Part shown: positions 39,191-52,405 of the stretch, one piece after another
Layout of the letters: every line of letters starts with the position of its first letter
How positions within the stretch are numbered: the first letter of the stretch is position 1
Source: Balanoglossus misakiensis
Taxonomy: Eukaryota; Animalia; Hemichordata
DNA: 64,000 bases
Direction: 5' to 3'
NCBI GenBank assembly: GCA_040954595.2
Contig: CM082588.2
Location: 5,840,202-5,904,201, forward strand
Made by a program: the position numbers and the translations under genes
The notes under the pieces: generated by a model
The model's database searches: none
What the model was told of the DNA's origin: nothing
Seen by the model: the letters and a program-made list of their open reading frames with translations, nothing else

Positions 39191-40679
39191 GTATTGATTT
39201 CTTTGTTCCGAGACGTGCTAAAACATTAAGTTGAGCGTTTTCTGTTTGTTGAACTGTTCTTTCCGCTGGTGATGGCGCGTTACCGGGCAATCAGGAATTC
39301 CTACCTGTTCGGGTCGAGTTGAAGGGCGGGGATGTGAAATGAAAACCATTTCACTCCCTCGGAAGATCGGCCTAATATCATTGTTATCTTCCAGGGATAA
39401 TTTCTCGGGGTGTGCAAGAAAATTCTTAGTGTTTTATATCGCGGCGTTGAACCAAGATTGATCGGGATACTTTTTCATTTGTTGGCGAAGCGATCCATGA
39501 AATCTCCAGCACAACAACAACCAGAGAAAACAAGGTCTTTATACCCGTAACCATAACTTTTTTCCCGAGACGTCACGTCCATCCTACTTGGAGTTCGTTT
39601 ATATTCTTGCAACACATCGATTATTTTAAATAACGATGTGCGCGCTTCAGAAACGCGATTATTGAAACTTGAATCAGACTTTATATAATCTTATCTAGCC
39701 CTCATCCTGTCGCCGATAAGAGAAAAAAGATGAGCTCCATTAACGATATGAAAACTCGCGATGAAAAAGATTTGCTGCGTCGGAACAGTTACGTGAGACG
39801 TGTATAATACACGACAAAAGGGGAAAACTTCTGTATTCACACGGGCTTGAGATTATTTGATATTTTGTGCATGAAGCGATCAATCTGATAATCATCGTGG
39901 AAAAGTGGCAATTTTAACACGGAGACGGGCTTTACCAACACACGTCCGGAAGATTAACACTCGGCGGGATCAGTATGCAAAACGTCTGTTTGAATATGGC
40001 TTTCTGTTGAAATGGAAACAGTGTGAAAGATGTTAACATCACCGAGAATTAATGTCCGAGTCGAAATGACACCCTGAGCGTTTTTCTGGGACATCACCTA
40101 TAGAGGGCGTTGGTACACACACCGAGCTGGCATAGAACATTGTAAAATTTTGCGTTGCATTTGGTTGCAGAGAGAAAAGACAACTTCATCTTGCAAGAGA
40201 ACCCGTTTCCATGAAAATAATTATAGAACTATTAACATCAGCTAACTGTTACATACACTTTTACTACAAGTCACCAAAAAAACGTATGTGAAACGCGAAA
40301 TTACTTTATCCTATTCTGAGATAGAAAGAAACAATTGACAATACAGACATGTTCGAAGTAAAATCTTTGAATTCGCCACAGAAATTCTTAACCTTAGTTG
40401 GTGGTTCATAACAAAATAAACTATTGAACGTACATTTACGCCGAAGTTAGATTGGACATTACAGACATACCAAAACAGTTCTGTTCAGTATGCCCGTCTG
40501 TCTATCTATCTCTCTGTCTGTTAATGTAATATCTGCATGTCTCTGTTACATCTCTCTCATTAACCAATACCTAAAAACACGAAGACGATGTAAACATGTT
40601 GCCGAGTACCACATACACGTCACTCAAGTTACTTCAGATTTACACAGGTAATTAACCAAAACAGCTTGCGTCGTTTATC

Positions 40680-40910
40680 TATTCATTCTAGAATTTCTCG
40701 TAATTAGCAAAATTAATTTAATCCCAGTGTAGGAAATGTAATCCGAATAGTGTACATGTACCTTTCTCGGTTTATTTTGGCACTGTACGAGTGTAGCCAT
40801 CGTCGATAATTATCCAATTATGGATGGACACACAAGTCTATTTGTTTTCAGCTCATTCAATTATTGTCAATTTCAAGATGGACGCACTCGGGGGAATCGC
40901 AGGAAATTAT
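40680..40910. promoter_or_regulatory. Paralogous non-coding module, copy 2
   Basis: See copy 1; also 27/29 identity to 52359-52387. Confidence 0.55.
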
Positions 40911-43327
40911 GCCCGTCTCTTTAGCTTTATCGAGTTTCAATCAGCGAGCGAGGACACGTTGCGCCACTGACAGCCCGCGTGTAACCGTATCGGCTACGCT
41001 GCTCATTTTCTGCCGGCCACGGAGACGAATAGGGGTAAACCCTATTGCCGAATAAATGCCCCTGCTTGGTATTATGGTATTATAGATGTTCATATCGCAT
41101 GTGTTGTTCACAGTTTTGAATTCGAGAGAAAACGAATAATAATTGTTTGAGAGTTTCGAGGATTGTTTGTTTTGAAAATTGCTAGTTTTTTTCCAACTGG
41201 CACGCTGAAAACCAGGCATTACGCTACACATGGCAAACTGGCACGAATACAGACCATACGCATGTAGACCATATTACTATCATCAGCTGTTACAGTAACT
41301 GTTGACTGCTTTAAGATATTTTATTCGTCTTACCAACTGCATTAAATTCATTCCTTAACATTAATAACGTACGGCTATTTTATACAACTACGTTGACAAG
41401 CAGAATACTGAACATTTAAAGCAATTAACAGAACGAAGTTAATGTACATGGGTACAGCTACTATCATTTTAATAAGATGCGCTAACAATTATCGAAAACT
41501 TTAATAAAACACAATGAGAATTTCGAAGTCGAGTTATTTGGACTATCGATTTTAAATATGTGACGTGTGGCATGTCCCATCTTTGCTGCAGGCATTAAAC
41601 TTTATTGGTGTTCGATTACTTTTATTTTTTTTTACAGTCCCTGATTCCCTCAATTTCGATCATCCACACGTCAAACTACAAATCCTTTGTCTGGGGCTTG
41701 CGTCAAAATTTCATGTTGTCTCCGCTCATCATCCACGTGCTAATGTTCATCCTGCCGGGCGCGCATCTCAAGCGGCATCGCTGACTTGACGAGTGACCGA
41801 TCACCATTTTGTGACGCTTCATTTGAAGTGGACGGCAAGTATTAAATTAGGACGGTGTTGACTTACACCTTAAGGGGACGAAATGCTAGCGCGTGCCACT
41901 ACATCAGATTTTCTCATTTCACTCGAGAAATAGGTTATCGCGACGACGTTCTACTTTATACTGGGGAAAACATGCTGAATTGGAGGCAAATCTCGCCTTG
42001 GCAGTTGTAAAAGGAAGATGGCCGTATGCCCTGATGACTTATTTTATGGTACGCACCAGAAATTACGTCACATTACCCATTCACTGTGTGTCAGGAAAAC
42101 GTTTAAACTATTCAGCTGATTTCAGTATTCATATCGGCGCCTATAACTGTTCTAGTGAAATGCAAAATAACCAATATTTCATAGTGCGGCCAATTCCAAA
42201 AGAATTTGGTGTGTATAACTATATGGATAGACGAACTGGTCGTTCTCCGTCTAATATCAAACGGAGCAAACGTCAACTTAGCTTCCTCGCAGGTACTAAG
42301 TAATTAAAAATTGACAGTCCATCTTTCGGGGAACAAACAAACTCTTTTCAATTAACCATCACGTTCAATAACAGAACGTTTTTCCTACCACTATCAACTT
42401 TATCAATCTGTGATGTTTTCTGACGTCCTATCCCTTCCGTCATCACAACACTAGTCGTTCGATATTTTCACGTCAGGTACACAATGTAAACAGTTCATCC
42501 GGCAATACTCCGGCTCCGAAAACGTTAATGCGGTTGTAAAAACATCCTAGGGTTGTTCTGAGTGACGTTTCACGTTTAATTTCACCAGAAATCCTGGGCG
42601 AGTCACTCTGGTTGTTTTCATTGCCGGCATCACTTTGTGTGTTTAGCGCGCGGATCGGCGCACGGAGACTTGTCAGCGCTTGGAGTTTTCTCTGTCCGGT
42701 TATAGATTTCTGTAATATGACACTGTCGCTGGGGAATCAGAACCCATTTTCGTCCTATTTACGCTTAGATTTCAGATATCGATTTCCGGTCGGCTGATGT
42801 GGACGTTCAGCCCAGTTCTGAGTTAAATGATTAAACATGGTAGCCGAATCGCATTTGGGAGACGGAGTGATCGAATAATATACACACCAGTTCAAATAAA
42901 ATGATAGTCTTTCATTTTTTGTCGACGATGCATGGTCACTGTTAACCCAAGTTCATCCTTGTCATATCACACTCACTTTAAAATCAACATTCGACTACAG
43001 ATTTAACCTAACACTCTTTCCTCCAGTAATGGGGTGCGTAAAACAAACTCCGGGGCGAAAAATTGGACGAATCACGCTGCAAAAAGGTTATAGTGTTAAG
43101 TTATTAGATTTAATAATCATTGTCTGCGGCTTTCGTATTTACGTACAAGCATAAAAGGCCATTTTGACACGCTTCGCTGCATTCGGAGCAAATACGCGAG
43201 TGATCATGTTTCTGTTTGAGGAGGATTAATTATGTATTATAGCCGAGAGTTTCACCACTCGACATCAGTTTGGCCAAATTATCGCCGCAACGGAGCGTCC
43301 TTGACCACGTGTCAAAATCCATATTTA

Positions 43328-43690
43328 AAAACCTTGATAATATCGGAGAGAGAAATTACTATAATTATTGATGAATGATGAGAAATTATCATCGCATCGG
43401 CTAAAAATATGAATTTGTTAGCTAGAACCTCGAGTATTTTTTTTTTACTTTTAAGGTTGTAAAACGTAAAACCTCGATTTCTGGTAAGAACCTCAGCTAC
43501 GTATGAAAATTCGTATCTAAGAACCTTGATGATATCGGAGGGATAAATTACGGTAATTTATAATTGATAATAGGACATTATAATCGCGTCGACTAAAAGT
43601 AAGACTTTGTAAGCTAGAACCTTGAAAATTTTTGACTTTCTAGGCTGTATAACGTAAGAACCACGATTTTTCGGTAAGAACCACGATATT
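43328..43690. repeat. Diverged tandem duplication (~190-bp unit, two copies) with an internal AAGAACC sub-repeat
   Basis: AACCTTGAT.ATATCGGAG.GA.AAATTAC...ATCGC.TCG.CTAAAA...AGCTAGAACCT.GA...GGTAAGAACC occurs twice. Confidence 0.85.
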
Positions 43691-46600
43691 TCGATTTTTC
43701 CGATACCCTCTTCGTCTCGCAGTATTATGGTCCGCTGGGCTGTCTCTGACGATCATGATTTCTACTAAACGAGATGATGACCGCCATTAAACAGAGACGC
43801 AACAAATTGATTCGGTGTAAGCTTATGTACTTGAGATTTTAATGCACTTACAGTAGTTAGTGATCAGTTTATGAAACGCGCTTTCTAGTAATACTTTAAA
43901 GTCTTTCCCCTTGTTGGTCTATGGTGAATCCACCACTTGACGAGAACAAAATCTACAGAATGTGTTCTAAGCTGACTAGCCCCTTCCTCTTGGGAAATGA
44001 TATAGCTCAGTAACCATGTTACGGGTAATGGTATTATTGATAATAGGATGCCTGTTACAGTCGACGTCATCTTCTGTGACGTTGCTGTGTATTGAGATGT
44101 GACGTATGGCGTTTTGTGGTGTTGTTCTGGTAGGCACGAAAAAAATGACCTAAAATCTATCCTGTGACAGAGAAAAAACGTTTAAGATGCATATGAGCCA
44201 TTTCGTTTTACATAATAGACTTATTACTGACCATTTATATCATGTCACTTCCGCCATATTAAAAATAAAATAAAATTAAACATAAAAATTATGGAAAACA
44301 GTCTATTTATGTATATGATAAACTCGAAGATCTGTCTAGAATTTTGGAAATCTGAAACATGTATTTCGTGAAATTTTTTGGCAATAAGTCAGTTTATTCC
44401 TTTATATGACTAAATAAATATTTTAGTGTGCATTTGGGCGAATCAAGACTGCCACTACTTTTTACTCTAAATTCTTTTGGGACAGATTTTCACAAATAAG
44501 TAGAATTCCACAAAGGGTTAGCGTTTGTGTGCGTGTGTCATTTTCAACAGCAATATACTGAGAAATGCAGGTATAGGTGTTATACCTGCAGTGACAGTTA
44601 TGTCAACGCACACACTAGATCGCTCGACATTTGTTTACACGCCTGGGTCAAGGGTCAACTCCTATAGCTTATGAACGCTGCTGGCATCATGATTTAATCA
44701 TTGTATGTAATATTCTGCCATGGATTTTTCTGAAGTGGGTGGGAATTTTACCTGGTTGATAGGTCGCCTGCCTAAAATAAGGAAGTTGGACCACAGGATT
44801 TGAATTCGCCACAAGGAGTGCCGCGGTGGTAAACTCACGCAACGGTCAGACCGAAGTTAAAATAATTTTGAGAGCTGCCGGTAACAATTGTTCAACTTAA
44901 AAATAAGCTTATTGTCGGCTACACACGACGACTTCCGTGAAATTTCCGATTACGTTCGAAAAGTGTTTTGCGTGATTATTGCTCGGTTGCCTGATTGGAC
45001 AACTTGTCGCCAATATTTCCACCGAAGTGAACTCGAGTTTGATGCAATTTCACACGACACATCGACGGGGAAAATCGGCAGCCTGGACGAGTTATCGAAT
45101 GTTTTTACCACTACACATACAAATAAACGAAGCAAATGGATTCGCAACAAATAGAAATTGGCACGGAGGAAATACCATCTGTGATAAAAATACGCAGAAA
45201 ACTGCGTACTGATCAGTGTTGCGTTGTTGGACAGTGTGCAGTGGAATCAACAATTAGTAGAAAATTGAAACAAGAATTATTTTGCATTCTATATAGCATA
45301 CAATCTACTTTTCAGAAATTTATTATCAACAATGATTTACATGTTTTGATATTGATTTAAGAAACCAATTTGTACTTTCAAAGAATTTTTTTTAAATATG
45401 CAATAAAACACTATCAAGATCTAGTTACAGTACGGATGGCTTGGGAAGATAATTTCACGCATGCGCTATGTAAAACTTGACACGATTTTCCAACTGCGTA
45501 TGGTCATCACACATCAATTAATTTTTGTTCAAGTAGGCACAACTGACACCATGACAACGCTGATCAGTGATTTGGGAGATTTTCAGCGGAACGCCCGAGT
45601 AGAGCGACATTTCGTCACGGCCGCGACTCTTTAAGATTCTACTCGAGCCCGCCCGATGAACGTAAATGCTGAGTTAGTCTTGTTGACGAGATTCTGGGGA
45701 GTCGTAAACGGCGGTCGTTCATCATTTGAACGACTGCGAGCTCATTAAGGAACACAATTAATCTCGGCGAGTGGCGTTGTCCGAAAGCGGGACCGGGAAG
45801 AAGAACGACTCACCCGCGTCATCCGCTATAATGTCGAGGATTTACAACGACGTTTGAATGTCACGCACTCACTACAACAACCTGTACTCAGAACATAAAG
45901 ATGTCCGCCCTTCGAATTAACAAAACAATAAACTACACCCCTTCCCTTATCCAGCTTCACCTAAATCGTGGTTTAAGAATCACATGTTGTAACTGGGGCG
46001 CAATCGCTTCCAATGTCTCGCTAATCCCTTAACAAATCTAGCCAATGTTGATCTGTCACGCGTTATTGGAATTTTGTACGATGCGTCTCGACTGTGTTGT
46101 TTTTCTGGAATGAAATAACGGTGACAAGCCTCTAGTTTTGAAGCAGTCAATTAAAGGGAAAAGGGTGATATGTCAAAGTGATGATATCTCCCATGCCATC
46201 CTACATTTCAATTCAGCAGTCACAATGGAGGGCGATTCCCCCACGGGAATGCCCGCCACCCATATACCCATCTGGATACACAACATCTATGCTACATTCA
46301 CCAACGCAGACCGTGACGTTGCTTTTGGAGGTCGTCTCATCGGCCTCGGATGGTGCCACGTCGGCTGTATACCTCAGCTGGTGCGTTTGAAGCAACAACA
46401 TTTTGACGGCCGAGTTGTGTTAACCGTGATCCCCCTATGGTTGCCTGATTGCTTAGTGTCCGCCATGCGAACATCCTGGTCCCCACAAGACAAGGACGTG
46501 TGCAGTATGCGCACGGAATTTCCATCCGTCGAGATAGAGCAACAGTTAAGCAACACAGTGATCCCTGGCGGTCTACTAGAGATTTTTTTGTATTTCAATT

Positions 46601-49600
46601 TTTTGGAATTAATTTATCACAACACGATATGTACTTTCAGTATGTACTTTCAGGTTTTAATTAAAATTAAGTTCTTGAATTTGAAACTGATTTCACTACC
46701 AAGTGACAGAAGCTGCAGAAAACATGGAGCATTTTGATTTTTTATTAAGGCAAATTTCTATAGTTCTGACCTCTGGAAGAATTCCCTTTATAACATTGTT
46801 GTTAAAAATTCCAGTGGTCCTCTAAAATACTAATGATTTTTTTCTCGCTGCTTTTGTTCCTTTGCTAAAAAAATCCGAGGAACGATGTTTTTCTTCCTGG
46901 CATCAAATTGTGTAGTCAGGTAAACATGGTAAAGACAATACGCTCTTAACAAGGATTTGCTGCCGGAGCATATCATTCATGTCGACACGTGTTTTTGGCA
47001 AAGGTCACAAAATACCATCAGGCGGCATAACTTCCACTACTGGTATTCTTGCATGTTTTTACGTGCTCTCCCGACGGGAGACTGTCAGAATTTAAAACAA
47101 CAATACGTCAGCGTAAAGTTGGCCCATAGACAGAACAGACCTCTACTGTCTATGGTTTGTCAATGGTCAGCTCAATTATAGGTGATAATAATCCCCCATG
47201 CCCATAGGCGAATAGCCATCGGTCAGAGTGACGCAGTATCACAGTTGGTTAAATTTGGCAAAGCCTAACAATGCATAACCACATGCTGGGGAGTTTTACA
47301 CGTGGGTTGGCGACTGGCCATAACGGAGTTCACACAAAACGTATAGCGACACTTGAAGTTGTTAGATAAACCACGCTTACTAGTAACCGTGGATGCACGA
47401 CAGGCGGGGAATATGTGTGGTAACCATGTGATCGGTTACCACATATGACAAATAAAATTTAAATGTGTTATGCATAGGCATTCCTGTTACAAATACACCT
47501 ATTTCGCTTAGATGCTTAGGTTACCTCTCGTTTATATATTAATCAGCGCGCCTTTAGGCCCAATTACAAACGGCGCACTGCTGTGTGGTTACGACACTGA
47601 CCAATAGTTGATAATTATTAGCTGTAATGTATTACAACACTACACGTGCCCCTGGAGACTCTTTGCTCTCTTGGGACATTATTGCAATTTTGTCCGCTGA
47701 GATATTGCACCGGTGTAGTGCACTGTGTATCCAGATGATGCACTGTACCTGGCATAATGGCGGTCACTCACAACACTCTGAATCTATGCGCGGGGCTCGA
47801 CCTTTGGTTGGGGTTTCATTACATTTCTACCGCGCACACGGCTTCGCCCGAAGGTACCAGAAGTACCTTGCTGACGTACTGCTAGTATTAACAATTCTTA
47901 TCAATGGATCAAGTTTTAAATTTAAATGTTTCGAGAAAAAATGACAGAAAACTGTTACTTACAGTGGAGGATGTGGGCAATGGGGCCGCATGCAAACCAG
48001 GAGAAAGGGCACCATTGATTTCCGTCAAGTCAACTTTCCATGACCGCTGGTTTATGCATATTATCTTCAATGAGGCTGCCGAAATTTTAGCAAATCCAGT
48101 CCGTATTGTCCCAGTCATTACCTTCACTTTCACTTGGTTGTCGGAAATTAGCCAGTGTGACGAATAGCTCGTCGTTGTCACCACTTCAATATTCAGCCAT
48201 GGTGTTTGTACGTCAAAGATCGAGTATCGAATGATGGAATTGGCACCTCACTGACCATCTGGCAAATGAACTGACTGACAACTATCCAATCGAAATGTGC
48301 CATTCACCAGGTGCATTTGGTGATACTTGTGATTGGTTGATGTGATTGAGAAGTTGTTTAGCATATCATGATCACAGATGTTTCAATTATTCTCATAGAC
48401 CCGTTTGGTTTCAGTTTTGTACATGTGACGTGTATCTGAATACAAAACTGACAGGCCTTTCATTTTGAGTAACATTCGGTCAAAGTATATATTTGCTGAT
48501 TATGATTTGTGTAAATATATTGGTGTAAGTATGTTAATCACAAACAATTATCAATCAATCTGCCTCTGGGTGTGTTTATAAGCCAGTCAGTCGTCACTGT
48601 ACACATTTAATGCGTCAAAGTTCGTTAGAGTGTACTAGTACTTGTATCCAGCCGCCACATACTATTAGTGGTGTTGATTAATACATTTGTTGGTGTGGCG
48701 CATATTGGTTTTGTCATGGTGTGGGCAAGGTCCGTATACAGTACACAAGGGGCCCGGCGTGGTTTTTGGTTTCTGCCCATGCGAGCCCGCCAACTTTGCT
48801 GGTTAATCTGCCAACCAAAAGTCGTTACGAATTTGAATAATCCAATAGCTGATCCCGTCTGAAGTTACCCCGATGACGTCGTTAGACGTTCTCAAACAAC
48901 TTCATCGCAATAACAGGACAAGACTGTATTAATACCCACTGGGATGAAGCGCTGAAGATGACGCGGTTGACAGAATTCATGCTCTATACCACGCCGTTCG
49001 GCAACTTGCCCGTGGCAGACTTTAATTGGCCCTATTGTTTCTTTAATAATTACTGCAGTAAAGCTTACCCTGACGGTAATCCTACAGATCTTCACAGTGT
49101 GGTTTCTAAGCTACGTATTATTCTGATGTGACCGGCAAGTGATGAGGAGCCTGCTGTAACTGTTGATTATTATTTTTAAATTTCGGTTTTCTTTTCGTGT
49201 TTCGATCGTTGTTAGTGATCTCTGAAATAGCCATTATTGGCATGCTATTAAACACAGCCTGTTTTGTGAATCTTGTATTTTACACTCGACGTAGTAAATG
49301 GTGTTTAATAGTTGTGTAATAAGCCTGGATTGAAATTACTATCATCATCCTCATTGACAACAATATCACCTACAGCTGTATCGATACAACATGCTCCATT
49401 GACTAGACAAAGACTGTATTTGCCAACAGTTTGGAATAAAACAAAAAAACTGAAAGCGGTACACAGAATAAAAACATCTAAAAATAAATACATAAAGTAA
49501 GAGCTATTATCTCTTTTCTGTGTTGTTTACGACAACTACACATTGTTGTTAGAGATCCGACCAAGCTGTTGCACAAAATTAACGCAACAGCGCGTGAGAA

Positions 49601-51299
49601 AGTACGCCGCGCGCCATTTGTCGGACATGGCGGCTTGCAATGCTTTGAACCAGCAGGCTTGCTCGCTTGATACTGACTTGCATAATTTATTCATAGTGCC
49701 TTCTGGGCTCGATGCAGCGAGTATATTATCCATCGGGGTGTCGCTGTCGGGGCATCTGTCAAACTGGCCACGTTTACACCCGGTCCCACTGGTATACCGT
49801 CTTACAGACTGGCTTCTCAGCTTCAAGAACAGCTCTGTAACTAATATTAGATTTTCTTGGAGAGCTCTTATGACAATTGACAATTAACGGCGGGTTGTAT
49901 GGTTTACACGTCGCTTAGGATCAATGCAATTCTCCGTGTGATACAAGCTGACAATTTGCCAAACACGAATACTTCTGAACCTTTAGTAAAAAAAAACGAT
50001 TGGAACTACTTTGTGATAATAAGATCTTTAAAATAGCCAGAAAATAGCTAAGGTTTCACTGCTCTACTTGATTACTTTGTAGAAAACGTGAATTGTAATA
50101 TTTTACTGAAAAGGAAACAATTTGCAAAATGACGAATACAGTTTGATAGACATCCCGGTAGCCCCGAATATCACACTAGCACTCTGAATTCGTTTGCATC
50201 TATAACCAAAGCCCTTGAAAATGTGGCTTTCTCACTGAATAAAAGTTAAATTTACTCCGGCGACAGAATACATTTGTATCGTAGCCGACGGTCCTCGACC
50301 GACCGAACTGCATAAGCACGTGGCAAGACGATGAAAACGAATTATTTCAACTCTAATCACACTCCTGTCCACACCACATGAGCGTGGACGGGAGATGCCT
50401 ATCGCGAGGCTGGACCGTCGTTGAGAAAAACAGAAATAATATATAAAGGCAACGCCTGAAAATGTTCAAAATAAGGTGCGGAGGTTTTTTAAACTAAAAC
50501 AAAATTTGTAAGGAAGAAGACGAAGAAAAAATCGTTTTCACAGAACTGTCGGCCAATTTCGCCAACTTAACCCAGTGGTCAGCATTGGCTAATCGGTCAC
50601 ACGGGTAATATATTACCATAACTGTTGTATAGAGGGCACTGCTAGATGGGGTTTGTGTCTGCACGGTGAGCAGGAGACGCCTTGAAAGATACCCGTCGTA
50701 TTTTGTGCATGGGCGGGGTGGAGTGCAGATTGTTTAGGTATCAAAAAACGCAGGTTTCGAAATCTGTAATCCCCACCCCCTTAGCACACATGTAACCGCC
50801 ACAAAATGAATACTAGTACATTGTACAACAAACCAACCATGATGGTACTTGAAGTCACACATATTACAGGTGACGTCTGGCTTAAAGTGTTACCGCAGAC
50901 AAACATACTTATGGTCGCTCCTTCTGACCGACAATTGTCAACACCAAACCGCCGTCGTTCTCTTTAAATCCAAGGCTAACAAACCGAGGCCTCTTGACTT
51001 TTTGAAACACTCTAAACCACTCCAGACCACAAGTGCTTGTAGGCGGGGTTTTCAAGTGGCGGATTCAATAATTCATGTGCGATTCCTTTGCCGTTAAGAT
51101 TGGTCATTTCGTTAACTTCCAAATCGAGGTACGGGAGGTGCAGTCTCTATGCTATAAAGGAATTGTGATATATGCGTAGGTTCAATCCTTCTGGAATATT
51201 CTTGGTTTACTTGTCAGAGTATTTAGATCAGTGCTATGGGTATTCCGCCCACCATCTACTCTAAATAGTCAAAAGTTTAATATCTGTCCATATATTCTT

Positions 51300-51336
51300 C
51301 TGTCCGTCTGCCTGCCTACCTACCTACCTACCACTC

Positions 51337-51381
<45 letters not shown>

Positions 51382-51395
51382 GTCTCTGTCTGTGC
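51300..51395. repeat. (CTAC)n/(GTCT)n microsatellite
   Basis: Directly visible. Confidence 0.9.
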
Positions 51396-52169
51396 CCCCT
51401 CTCTCTATGTATATATATTCCCGTTACATTGCCGTTCACTTTAATACCAGACTTAACGTATATAAACAGAACCTTCAAGTGAACAATGGCACCAATTTAC
51501 AGTTGCCAGACGACAAGGCCGAAGCCACCTGAACAGCAGGTGAACGGCGTGTCAAAAGGTGCTGAAAAGATGTCGGTCAATATTTGTCAATTTTCGTCGC
51601 TCCAAAAAAGAAGTCTGTCATCACAGCTGCTGGAATCTACTCAAACCAGTAATTTTACTGCGAGTTTCTGGTATGCCTGTTTTCTAGCTGCGCGTGCAGG
51701 GAACCACGAGCCGCTATGTTTGATTCTATCGAGTGTTTGAAAAGCAGCCGAGGGCGGGAAAGGAGCGACCAATATTATCGTCATCCATCCGATTCGACCT
51801 TGCCTGGAGGTGGCGAAAGTATCAATAATATGAGTGTCCATCGCGATGTGCGCTTGCGCTTTTTTGTCAACTGCTTGCATTCGTTTTAATGGTATTAAAA
51901 TGAAACACCGAGTTGGCCTACAGTAATACCAGAAGACATATGGAACGATGCTGAAAGACTTGGCCCAATTCTACGTGTAATGTGTAATATAAATGTATGT
52001 CATTAGACTCAAATTTAATATCGCCTTAATCGATATTCATCACATTATTTTAAGAAGATCGTGTTTTTGTGGACTTCACCTCATTTCACATATCAATCTG
52101 CGCGTTCCTTTGACACGGGTCTCGCCCGACAAGCATAGTACGAACATCGACTAAGTTTACACGCACTCT

Positions 52170-52405
52170 CGAAGCAAATTGACAGAAAACGGACGACATT
52201 CCCAAGAATAAAGCTAAGTAATTTGATTTCAATTTGAGGGAGGCAAAATCCTCCTGAATTATTGATTGAGTGGCCTGTGTTGCCGGCGTGTGCTTCGCTG
52301 TGAGGTCCCCTCTTGGCTGTGTTTGGGTAATTAGTCTATTATGGACAGACATAGCGGGCTATTTGTTTTCAGTTTATTCAATTATTGCCTTGCCCAAGAC
52401 GCTCG
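52170..52405. promoter_or_regulatory. Paralogous non-coding module, further copy
   Basis: GCAAATTGA.AG.AA block plus the TAATTA..ATTATGGA..GACA..CTATTTGTTTTCAG..ATTCAATTATTG core. Confidence 0.5.

Noticed and set aside
44566-44620. Hairpin plus CTAG as a Helitron 3' end
   Set aside because: Spacing and flanking base do not fit the hairpin-~11 nt-CTRR|T rule
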